Source of the DNA: Desulfobacterales bacterium
Lineage (GTDB): Bacteria > Desulfobacterota > Desulfobacteria > Desulfobacterales > UBA5852
DNA length: 64,000 nucleotides
Reading direction: 5' to 3'
NCBI GenBank assembly: GCA_963674755.2
Contig: CAXXVS010000002.1
Location: forward strand, 1,056,001 to 1,120,000
Each line of letters begins with the position of its first letter. The first letter of the stretch is position 1. Shown in pieces: positions 48,313-56,718 of this stretch. Under the pieces are notes generated by a model that was not told the DNA's origin, made no database searches, and was given only the letters and a program-made list of their open reading frames with translations. Position numbers and translations under genes: made by a program.

Positions 48313-49398
48313 ATGTTTTTAAAAAAACGAAAGCATCTTGATGACGATAATGTGGTGGAATTGAGCAGTCGCCTCCAGGTCAGTGAAACCCGTGAACAAG
48401 CCTATCATGCCGTCATCCAGACGCTTTTGGTGTTGATGAAAGATTTTGCTTTGGACATTGCGGAGATCCGGACCGACCGCTTCCACGCCGCTGTCGATCG
48501 TTTTGGTCAAACGATTGCGGAGCGTGAAGTTCCCAAACGCATCCTCGCGCGTTTTGACAAGCATAAGGCGACAATCGCCGGCTTCATCGACGATCAAAAA
48601 CATTACATCGATGAACGCGAAACCGAACTTCGCAACATCATCGATTTGCTGACCCGGGCCATGGTCTCGGTGGATGTGGAAAATGATGCCTACCATCAAA
48701 AAATCCTGGAACAAGGCGAAAAAATGGAGCAGATTACCCGGCTTGACGACATCCGCAAAATCAAGTCCGCCCTAGAAAAGGAAGTGCAAACCCTGCGAGA
48801 GACCGTTCGCCATAAACAGGACGGAGAGCAGGCGCGAATCGAGAACCTGGCCGGTCAGGTAAAAATCCTGCGCCGGGAGCTCGAGGCCGCCAAGGAAGAA
48901 TCCCGTCGTGACGGCCTCACCGGAACTTATAATCGCAAGGCTTTTGACGATCATCTCCAGTCATTTGTCGAGCGCAACCTGATCCACCGCCTGGATTTCG
49001 CTCTGCTGCTCCTGGACATCGATGATTTCAAAAAGGTCAATGACACCTATGGCCATCCTGTCGGCGACCGGGTCATTCTGGCCATGGCCAATACCTGCAA
49101 CCATATGATACGCAGCGACGACTTCCTGGCGCGTTACGGCGGGGAGGAATTTGTGATTCTTCTTCCGGGAGCTTCACGCCGCAATGCCGCCAAGAAAGCG
49201 AAACAGATCTGCAACACCATCAACAGCACCCGCTACACCCTTGACCAGGACGTTAGGGACGGAGCGCTTTCTCTGACGGTCAGCATTGGGGTTACCGCTT
49301 TCAAGCGAGGGGATAGCGCCGCAAGCATTCTTGAACGGGCCGATCAGGCCCTCTACAAAGCGAAAAGCGCCGGTAAGAATACGGTTTTCACGGCTTGA
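48313..49398 (+). CDS. Diguanylate cyclase (coiled coil + GGDEF)
   Basis: DGLTG.YNR and DIDDFKKVNDTYGH..GD motifs; RSDD I-site five residues before GGEEF; AGGAG RBS before the ATG at 48313. Confidence 0.93.
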   Translation: MFLKKRKHLDDDNVVELSSRLQVSETREQAYHAVIQTLLVLMKDFALDIAEIRTDRFHAAVDRFGQTIAEREVPKRILARFDKHKATIAGFIDDQKHYIDERETELRNIIDLLTRAMVSVDVENDAYHQKILEQGEKMEQITRLDDIRKIKSALEKEVQTLRETVRHKQDGEQARIENLAGQVKILRRELEAAKEESRRDGLTGTYNRKAFDDHLQSFVERNLIHRLDFALLLLDIDDFKKVNDTYGHPVGDRVILAMANTCNHMIRSDDFLARYGGEEFVILLPGASRRNAAKKAKQICNTINSTRYTLDQDVRDGALSLTVSIGVTAFKRGDSAASILERADQALYKAKSAGKNTVFTA

Positions 49399-49517
49399 TG
49401 ACCCGGTACGGCAATATTTTCCGCAAGGCAGCTCTATAGGGGCAATATTTTCAATACGCCCTCTCTGCTACTGATGGTATTTCCTTGAAACGAAAGGCGT
49501 TTGGCAAATTCCGGCCC

Positions 49518-49533
49518 TGGCATGCAGTTTGCT
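49518..49533 (+). promoter_or_regulatory. Sigma54 promoter for the hypothetical + lytic transglycosylase genes
   Basis: TGGCATGCAGTTTGCT. Confidence 0.82.
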
Positions 49534-49606
49534 TTTAATCCGGATGATGTGTTTTCAATGGTCTTGTTAAAGAACAGACCCCATCGTGCCAGCAAAGGAG
49601 TTGATT

Positions 49607-50059
49607 ATGAAAATAGGACACACCACGCCCTTTACGCCATTGGATCAGAGCGTGTCACTATCCAAAACCAAATCCGCGTCTTCCCGTTTTGAACAGGTTT
49701 TCAATGAGTCCCTGCAACGGCAAGCCGGTGCGAAGCGGGACCCATCACCTGTTGTTCAAACGACGGCGACCATGCCCTGCAGCCTGAACGCGATCGATTC
49801 GGCTGACCCCGTATCCGGTGCCCAAGCGATGGAAGACTTTATCGACGCCCTGGAAGGCTACCAGCAGCAATTGGGGGATCCCTCAAATTGCCTGCGGGAT
49901 ATTGCCCCATCCGTGGAGCGCCTTGAGCAGGCCCAGCGCCATCTGGCGGATTTTGCTTTCGAGGAACCTGCCGATTCGCCCTTGGGCCCTATCATGAACG
50001 AAGGCCTGGTCACGGCAGCCATGGAAATCCAACGCTTTCGCAGCGGCGTCTATTGTTGA
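49607..50059 (+). CDS. Hypothetical protein, probably flagellar regulon
   Basis: AAGGAG RBS; downstream of a sigma54 promoter; disordered N-terminus with F...F..SL motif and helical C-terminus. Confidence 0.7.
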   Translation: MKIGHTTPFTPLDQSVSLSKTKSASSRFEQVFNESLQRQAGAKRDPSPVVQTTATMPCSLNAIDSADPVSGAQAMEDFIDALEGYQQQLGDPSNCLRDIAPSVERLEQAQRHLADFAFEEPADSPLGPIMNEGLVTAAMEIQRFRSGVYC

Positions 50060-50141
50060 CCGTTGGCGCGCCCCCCAGGGCTTTTGATATGATATGCTGG
50101 AAAGTTTTTCATGCTTCTGAGCATCTTTTACACCGCATGCC

Positions 50142-50882
50142 ATGATTAAATCGACTCATAAAACTATACAGGATTACTTTCAGCCGGCCCAGCCCCCGTC
50201 CAAGCGGACAATAGCGCGATCAACCCGGGAGAGCTCTTTTAACGCCACCTTGCAGCGCATCTATTCCACAACCCGCCCCGCACCCGACTCCGGATCGACC
50301 GGGCGCGATATCCGTGACTATATGGAACGCCGTCTGGTCGATGCCGCCGCTGCGGCCGCAGCGCGTTTGAACACCGCCAATCGGTCGTCCCGCACGCCGG
50401 CGCAATCAGGAAATGGGGGCGGCGCCGCGGAGGCGCCTTCATCTCAGCCCCCATCTTCCGAAATGGATGCAACCGGGTCCGAAGCCCACGCGATTAAGCA
50501 GGCGATTCAACACGCCGCCGCCCGCTATGAAGTTTCTCCCGAATTGATTCAGAGCGTTATCCGCTGTGAGTCCAATTTCAAAGCAGATGCCGTTTCACCT
50601 GCCGGCGCCCAGGGATTGATGCAACTGATGCCCGGCACGGCACGGGATTTAGGCGTTAGCGATCCGTTTGATATCCAACAGAATATCGACGGGGGGACAC
50701 GCTATCTGCGTCAAATGCTGGATCGCTTCGAAGGCAAGGTTGACGTCGCCCTGGCAGCCTATAACGCCGGACCGGGCAATGTCAGCCGCTATGGCGGCAT
50801 TCCACCCTACCAGGAAACCCAGACCTACGTAAAAAAAGTGCTGCAATTCGCCGGTGTCTCCGGAGCGGTTCCTGCAACCTGA
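50142..50882 (+). CDS. Lytic transglycosylase (SLT domain)
   Basis: VIRCESNF (catalytic ES), [25 protein letters not shown] and ETQTYVKKV motifs. Confidence 0.93.
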   Translation: MIKSTHKTIQDYFQPAQPPSKRTIARSTRESSFNATLQRIYSTTRPAPDSGSTGRDIRDYMERRLVDAAAAAAARLNTANRSSRTPAQSGNGGGAAEAPSSQPPSSEMDATGSEAHAIKQAIQHAAARYEVSPELIQSVIRCESNFKADAVSPAGAQGLMQLMPGTARDLGVSDPFDIQQNIDGGTRYLRQMLDRFEGKVDVALAAYNAGPGNVSRYGGIPPYQETQTYVKKVLQFAGVSGAVPAT

Positions 50883-51100
50883 GACAGGGCGGACAAAGCG
50901 CACAAGAATCATGTGGCAAAAGCGGCCTGGATAAAGGAAGCACCTCGTTCTTGGTCGCGCGGCAGCGGTAAAATCTGACCCCGGACAATTTTGTGAAAAA
51001 CGTGGAATAGCGATAGAGAGGACAAGTTTCGCGAAGGCATTTGGCGCGATCGTTCACGGCTGCTGATGAATGCCGCTGAAGGAATTGCCCGTCATTTCCG

Positions 51101-51886
51101 TCATTCTTTGAGGGGCAGGCGCTGACGAAGCATTTTGCGCTGCATGTTGTAGAGCACCCGGGTAAGGGATTTTTCTTCATTTCCTTCAATACGCGAGAAC
51201 TGGAAGGCATACTGGCGATAGCCTGTCACGGGATTCGTTTCCACCCGCACAATGGTGGCCTCAGCGACGCGAATCTTTGTGGTCACATTCTCATCCCGAA
51301 AAAGCAGTTCCAAACTTTTCAGATGGCGGCCCCTCGTCAACATAAGGTTGCGCTTGATGCGCTCCCGGGCTGACTCCACGACGCACAACAGCCCTCCCAG
51401 GCTGAAATCGAGGACCACCATTCGCAGGGCCGGTTGAAGCTGACGGAGGATGAGCTCCGTTCCCATCGGGGCTTCAAGCCGGAAATTGCGTCGTCGCTGA
51501 ATGCGGTCAACTTCGTCGGGGACAGGAATCCAGACTTCCCCCCGTCGCCATTCGGGGGCGGGCGGTATCTCGAAGGTATAGAGCACTTTGTCCTGTCCGT
51601 TGAATTCGAAGCGAAGGTGGCCGCAGTCCTTGCTTTGCAGAACGATCTGAAAATTATCCGGGCTGTCGATGCAGAATTGGGCCTGTCCATTCCTTGAGCG
51701 TAGTCCGGTGATGACAGTGACGCTTTCGTACCCCGTGCCCTTGACCGCGAGCTTTACGAGAACACGCTTGTCCATGAGGTATTTGAAAAGCTGGTGGGTC
51801 TTTTCTTTCGATAATTTTGCAGCGCCATCCATGTCAAATATACGATTAACCTTTGTGGCAAGCGATGCTGGCGACACTGCTTGCAA
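51101..51886 (-). CDS. PilZ-domain flagellar brake protein (YcgR-like)
   Basis: QRRRNFR (RxxxR) and DFSLGG (DxSxxG) c-di-GMP-binding motifs after an N-terminal beta domain; start may be 51832. Confidence 0.85.
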   Translation of the reverse strand: MQAVSPASLATKVNRIFDMDGAAKLSKEKTHQLFKYLMDKRVLVKLAVKGTGYESVTVITGLRSRNGQAQFCIDSPDNFQIVLQSKDCGHLRFEFNGQDKVLYTFEIPPAPEWRRGEVWIPVPDEVDRIQRRRNFRLEAPMGTELILRQLQPALRMVVLDFSLGGLLCVVESARERIKRNLMLTRGRHLKSLELLFRDENVTTKIRVAEATIVRVETNPVTGYRQYAFQFSRIEGNEEKSLTRVLYNMQRKMLRQRLPLKE

Positions 51887-52310
51887 ATTCCTGGTCTTCC
51901 ATTAACAGTTTGGCAAACGTAATGTATTTTTCGGCAATCGCCCGCACCGCAAACTGGAGCGCAAAGGGCCGGATCGGTTTCTCCAGAAGATAGTTCACAT
52001 TCGAGGCCATGCACATATTGACGACATCCTCGCTGGCATTTCCGGTAACGACGATGGCATCCTTGTGGGCCGCGGGAAACTTCTTTTCGACGGCATCGAG
52101 AAAAAAGAACCCGCTCTTGCCGCCCAGAAAAACGTCAACGATAAAAATACCAACCCCGATCGGACTGCTGAGGCAGTAGAGAATGGCCTCATCGGCATTA
52201 TTGAAGGGTCGGACTTCACCCCACGTATAAAAGGTTTTGACCGAGTCAGCGATCAACTGACAAACAGAAGGATCATCATCCACAATGATAACGTCGAGAC
52301 CGTCGGACAT
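51846..52310 (-). CDS. Response regulator (REC domain with short C-terminal helix)
   Basis: VIIVDDD, FIVDVFL, VVTG and EKP motifs; AAGGAG RBS before MSDG. Confidence 0.85.
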   Translation of the reverse strand: MSDGLDVIIVDDDPSVCQLIADSVKTFYTWGEVRPFNNADEAILYCLSSPIGVGIFIVDVFLGGKSGFFFLDAVEKKFPAAHKDAIVVTGNASEDVVNMCMASNVNYLLEKPIRPFALQFAVRAIAEKYITFAKLLMEDQEFASSVASIACHKG

Positions 52311-52417
52311 GTCGCAACTCCTTCCGCCCATGGTTTAATCACGTTCCGCTCCCGGGGGCCTCGATGTGTCGATGGCACACCCTCCGGCTAACAGCGGCCA
52401 AGATCATATTCATCGAT

Positions 52418-52431
52418 AATTAACGTTAATT
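52418..52431. promoter_or_regulatory. Perfect 14-bp AT-rich palindrome, candidate operator
   Basis: AATTAACGTTAATT in the intergenic region upstream of the REC-PilZ pair. Confidence 0.35.
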
Positions 52432-52598
52432 TTAGCAGATTGTCAATGGATGCGGGAACAGCCTCCGGTCGTCGATCTGTCCGGTAACCTCCAATGCTTT
52501 TCCGGAATGATCCAGGGATTTGGAAACCACAACACGCTGATCGGAAGGTATTTACCATAGTGCTCTCATGTTATCAGGTAACAGAGGGCACCCTCATT

Positions 52599-54101
52599 TC
52601 ATCCAAGAAGGGTGTTGAACATTTGACGCAACTCATCGAAGCGATACGGTTTGGCCACCACACCGCAAAAACCATAATCGGAATAATGCGTCACACCGGG
52701 ATCATTGGCATACCCGCTTGAAACAATCGCTTTCACTTGGGGGTCCAAAGCAATCAGGTGCCGAATGGTTTCCTTGCCGCCCATCCCGCCCTTGACGGTG
52801 AGGTCCAAGATAACGGCGTCAAAAGGGGAGCCTTTTTGCAACGCCGCTTCATAGGCGGCAATCGCCTCTTCGCCGTTGCAGGCAAAATGCGGTTCGAAAC
52901 CCAATTTCCCCAGCATGCTGCCTGCCAGTTTGCGAATCATGTTCTCGTCATCCATCACCAGGATCCTGCCGCTGAAAACGGATTGCTCGGAAACCGTGGC
53001 GGGTTCCGGAAGATCGGCTGCTCCGCAGGTCGAAAGGGAAGCCGGTAAAAACACGTGGAACAATGCGCCCTCACCCGAAGGAGCTTCGACAATGATTCGC
53101 CCCTCGTGTTGTTCGATAATAGAATTGGCAATGGACAAGCCCAGCCCCATACCGCGCTGTCCTCCCATTTCCTTGGTCGAAAAATAGGGATCAAATATTC
53201 TGCCCACGACTTCTGGAGAAATGCCGGTGCCGGTATCCTTGATGGAAACCGCCACATAACGGCCAGGCTTCATATGCGTGCCCTCCGGCATGGACTCCTG
53301 ATTGACCGCGCTGACAAAGAGAGTGCCGCCCTCCGGCATGGCCTCGCGGGCGTTGATGACCAGATTGTGGAAGGCCTGGCCGATCTGGGTGCGGTCCACA
53401 TCGGCGCACCGAAGGTCGGCGGCAATATGGAATTCCGCGACGATGTTGGAGCCGCTGAGCGCAAATGCGGTCACACTCTCGATCAACCCGGCGATGTCGA
53501 CCGTTTCCTTCTGGGGGGCGCCGCCTTTGGAAAAGGTGATGAGTCGATTGGTCAGCTCTTTGGCAATCAGGGCCGCATCCTGGGCTTGCGAAAGCCAATC
53601 GTATATGGCGTCGTCTTCCGGGATGCCGGTGAGGGCAAGGGATATGTTGCCCATGATGGCGGTTAACAAATTATTGTAATCGTGAGCGATGCCGCCGGAA
53701 AGCGCTGCTATTGACTCAAGCTGCCGGGCCTTGAGCAGTTCCTTTTCCATTTTTTTGTGTTCGGCGATGTCGCGCACGATAACAATCTGGACCTCTCCCG
53801 GTTCGCCCTCCACCGAATGCAATGAAACAGCGACGTCCCGAAGGGAGCCGTCAGCCATTTTTAAACATGCTTCCCACACCATTAACGGTTCCGAAGTTTC
53901 GGGCGGTTCCCGTTCTAGGTGAAAATCTGCCGGCAAACCATCGAACAGGTCGTCCAGTGTCTGTCCAGTCATTTTGGAGCGCGTCATATCCGTCATATTC
54001 AACATGGCACAATTGACTTGGCGAACACGTCCTCCCTCGAACGTGATAATGCCTTCGTCGATACGTTCGATGATAATCGGATCGTATGGTTTGCTGATCA
54101 T
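52599..54101 (-). CDS. PAS-domain hybrid sensor histidine kinase (PAS-HisKA-HATPase-REC)
   Basis: GGIAHDYNNLL H-box, NLVINAREAM, DTGTGI, FSTK and GMGLGL motifs; C-terminal REC (VMDDE, ILDLT, AKPY); start uncertain (54101/54143). Confidence 0.92.
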   Translation of the reverse strand: MISKPYDPIIIERIDEGIITFEGGRVRQVNCAMLNMTDMTRSKMTGQTLDDLFDGLPADFHLEREPPETSEPLMVWEACLKMADGSLRDVAVSLHSVEGEPGEVQIVIVRDIAEHKKMEKELLKARQLESIAALSGGIAHDYNNLLTAIMGNISLALTGIPEDDAIYDWLSQAQDAALIAKELTNRLITFSKGGAPQKETVDIAGLIESVTAFALSGSNIVAEFHIAADLRCADVDRTQIGQAFHNLVINAREAMPEGGTLFVSAVNQESMPEGTHMKPGRYVAVSIKDTGTGISPEVVGRIFDPYFSTKEMGGQRGMGLGLSIANSIIEQHEGRIIVEAPSGEGALFHVFLPASLSTCGAADLPEPATVSEQSVFSGRILVMDDENMIRKLAGSMLGKLGFEPHFACNGEEAIAAYEAALQKGSPFDAVILDLTVKGGMGGKETIRHLIALDPQVKAIVSSGYANDPGVTHYSDYGFCGVVAKPYRFDELRQMFNTLLG

Positions 54102-54123
54102 AAGCTCTTTCCGGCAAAAATCC

Positions 54124-54540
54124 TTAATGGAGGGTGATGTCATCGCGCAGAAACCAGTCTTCGGGCGGGATGACAATGGTTTTGGTTCTTTCCTGGCCCC
54201 AGGCAAACAGGATCAGCTCCCGCGTGTCTTCCACCCAGAACCCGGTGCAAGGGACTCCCGGAGGACCGTTTTCCGACGGCCTCAACGTGGCATCGCCACA
54301 GGGACAAAGGGCCATGTCGTAAAGCGCTTGGTAGATACGATGCTGGGATGCCTGATCGATTTCAATATCTTCAAGCGATATTTCATTGAGCCGATCGGTG
54401 GCAATGTCGAGCGCAAGGCTGACCGATTGTTTGATGCGTTTCAAGGGTTTCCTCCATTCCCTGACAATCTTATGCCGGCAGCTGCATGACGCGAAGTGCG
54501 GCTGTGATACGTTGCTGTCGTTATCGGCAAATGACGGCAA
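54124..54540 (-). CDS. Hypothetical protein
   Basis: 138-aa ORF with globular-looking composition (CSC, CPC, FWVED...WFLRDDITLH); immediately upstream of and co-oriented with the hybrid kinase; start uncertain. Confidence 0.55.
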   Translation of the reverse strand: MPSFADNDSNVSQPHFASCSCRHKIVREWRKPLKRIKQSVSLALDIATDRLNEISLEDIEIDQASQHRIYQALYDMALCPCGDATLRPSENGPPGVPCTGFWVEDTRELILFAWGQERTKTIVIPPEDWFLRDDITLH

Positions 54541-54606
54541 ACCCTAAAGTAAATTCAATTAGCAATGCACAGCTTGGTTTGAATCTGGAATTCTTGATCC
54601 CTCCTG

Positions 54607-54622
54607 AGCAAATGCTGTCCCT
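54607..54622 (-). promoter_or_regulatory. Possible sigma54 promoter for the hypothetical-kinase operon
   Basis: Minus strand AGGGACAGCATTTGCT (GG-N10-GC, imperfect -24). Confidence 0.4.
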
Positions 54623-54780
54623 CCATCCCATCAAGCAACAACCGACATAACCGAACGTCAATCGTTTGACGAATGCGGGTTCATCAGAAGTGCCGCGAGG
54701 TTCGAAAGCATTCCCGGAGTTATGGCACTACCATTATTTACTATCTGATATTTTTAGCTATTTTTTTTTCTTGTCAATTC

Positions 54781-54796
54781 TGGCATTTCATTTGCA
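54781..54796 (+). promoter_or_regulatory. Sigma54 promoter for the sugar biosynthesis operon
   Basis: TGGCATTTCATTTGCA, preceded by an AT-rich tract and a GTCAA-N4-TTGAC box at 54657-54670. Confidence 0.82.
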
Positions 54797-54962
54797 ACTT
54801 AGCAGAGAAAATGGCCGAAGATGCGAATCGTCATTCAAGAATCAGGATTTTTGCATTGCCCAAAGGAAGTATTGCGGTTGGTTAGCCGCCTCTTCGTCTG
54901 CCGCAAACGTTACGCGAAATCACTTTGATCCCCCAATGATCAAAGTTTGAAAGTTCGATGAC

Positions 54963-55955
54963 ATGCAAATCAAAAACCGAAATATACTGGTCACCGGTGC
55001 TGACGGCTTTATCGGATCGCATTTGACAGAGATGTTGGTGCAAAGAGGGGCCAAGGTTAAAGCATTGACCTGTTACAATTCATTTAACACTTGGGGATGG
55101 CTCGAGGATCTCGATTGCCTTTCAGAGGTCGAAATTGTCTGCGGGGACATCCGCGACGCTCAGTTTTGCCGCTCCATAACGAGAAACATCGACATTGTTT
55201 TTCATTTAGCAGCGCTCATTGCCATCCCCTATTCATATCAAGCGCCCCAAAGCTACATCGAGACCAACGTCAATGGAACGCATAATATCTGCCAAGCTGC
55301 GTTGGAGAACAATTGTCAACGGGTTCTTCACACATCGACAAGCGAGGTTTACGGAACAGCCCGTTATGTCCCAATTGATGAGAATCATCCCCTGCAACCC
55401 CAGTCGCCTTACAGTGCCACCAAAATCGGCGCCGATGCATTGGCCACGAGCTTTTTCCATTCGTTCGGTCTTCCTTTGGTAATCGGCCGCCCTTTCAATA
55501 CGTATGGGCCTCGTCAATCGGCACGCGCGGTCATCCCTACCATTATCTCCCAAATCGCTTCCGGACGTAACACCATTGTTTTGGGTGATACCCGACCAAC
55601 TCGCGATTTCACATTTGTAAAGGATACCTGTAGCGGTCTTATTGCCCTAGCGGAATGCGATAAGGCGGTCGGCGAGGTCGTCAATATTGGGAGCAATCAG
55701 GAAATCCGCATCCAGGATCTTGCCCATCTGATTGCTGAGGTAATGGAGGCAACAATCACCCTAAAAGCATCAAACGAACGCTTGCGACCTAAAAATTCGG
55801 AGGTTTTTAGACTTTTGTGTGACAACCGCAAATTCTTGACCTTAACAGGTTATAAGCCAAGCTACGCGTTTCGTGAAGGACTGCACGCCACCGTAGCCTG
55901 GTTTAGGACCGCGGATCATTTGAATCGGTATAAAGCGGATATCTACAATGTGTAA
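54963..55955 (+). CDS. legB: NAD-dependent NDP-GlcNAc 4,6-dehydratase (LegB-like)
   Basis: GADGFIG, YNSFN.WGWL, HLAALIAIPYSY, STSEVYG, YSATK, RPFNTYGPRQS.RAVIP and C-terminal YK.DIYNV. Confidence 0.85.
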   Translation: MQIKNRNILVTGADGFIGSHLTEMLVQRGAKVKALTCYNSFNTWGWLEDLDCLSEVEIVCGDIRDAQFCRSITRNIDIVFHLAALIAIPYSYQAPQSYIETNVNGTHNICQAALENNCQRVLHTSTSEVYGTARYVPIDENHPLQPQSPYSATKIGADALATSFFHSFGLPLVIGRPFNTYGPRQSARAVIPTIISQIASGRNTIVLGDTRPTRDFTFVKDTCSGLIALAECDKAVGEVVNIGSNQEIRIQDLAHLIAEVMEATITLKASNERLRPKNSEVFRLLCDNRKFLTLTGYKPSYAFREGLHATVAWFRTADHLNRYKADIYNV

Positions 55956-56718
55956 CAAGGCTGTTATTCTGGCAGGTGGCAAGGGAACCCGCCTGGCGCC
56001 CTATACGACCGTGTTTCCCAAACCTCTCGTGCCGTTGGGGCATCGACCAATTCTGGAGATTATAACCCTCCAGCTCATGCATCACGGTATCACGGATATC
56101 GTTTTAAGTCTGGGCTACCTCGGTGAACTTATCCAAGCCTATTTTCAAAATGCCAACGGGCGCTTCGCCAACTTGAACCTGAGCTATATCAAAGAAAAAA
56201 AGCCTCTGGGTACAGCGGGCTCCCTTGCATTGATACCGGATTTCCATGAAACCTGTATCGTAATGAACGGCGATGTACTGACGACCATGGACTACTCTCA
56301 GCTCGTCAGCCATCACAAGGCCCATGAGGGCATCCTCACCATCGGCATGTTCCGCAAACCGGTCAATATCGATCTGGGTGTGATTGAAACCGATCCCGAC
56401 GGCGCCATCACGGCCTATATCGAAAAGCCGACCCAGCAATATAACGTCAGCATGGGGATCTACGTGTATGAACCCGAGGTTCTGAAATACATCGAACCCG
56501 ACACCTACCTCGATTTTCCCGATCTTGTGAGCCGATTGTTGGCGCACGGCGAAAGAGTGGTCGGCTATTCGTTTGACGACTTCTGGCTTGATATCGGACG
56601 CCATGAAGATTATGCCCTGGCCCAGCAGCAATTCGACAGCATGCAAGAGCGCTTGCTTCCGACTGACAACCCAATCCCTTACGGTGAAATGAATCATGTG
56701 GACCATCTCCTTATCTGA
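55948..56718 (+). CDS. Sugar-phosphate nucleotidyltransferase
   Basis: LAGGKGTRL.PYT...PKPL, PLGTAG, MNGDVL, EKP and WLDIG motifs. Confidence 0.9.
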   Translation: MCNKAVILAGGKGTRLAPYTTVFPKPLVPLGHRPILEIITLQLMHHGITDIVLSLGYLGELIQAYFQNANGRFANLNLSYIKEKKPLGTAGSLALIPDFHETCIVMNGDVLTTMDYSQLVSHHKAHEGILTIGMFRKPVNIDLGVIETDPDGAITAYIEKPTQQYNVSMGIYVYEPEVLKYIEPDTYLDFPDLVSRLLAHGERVVGYSFDDFWLDIGRHEDYALAQQQFDSMQERLLPTDNPIPYGEMNHVDHLLI

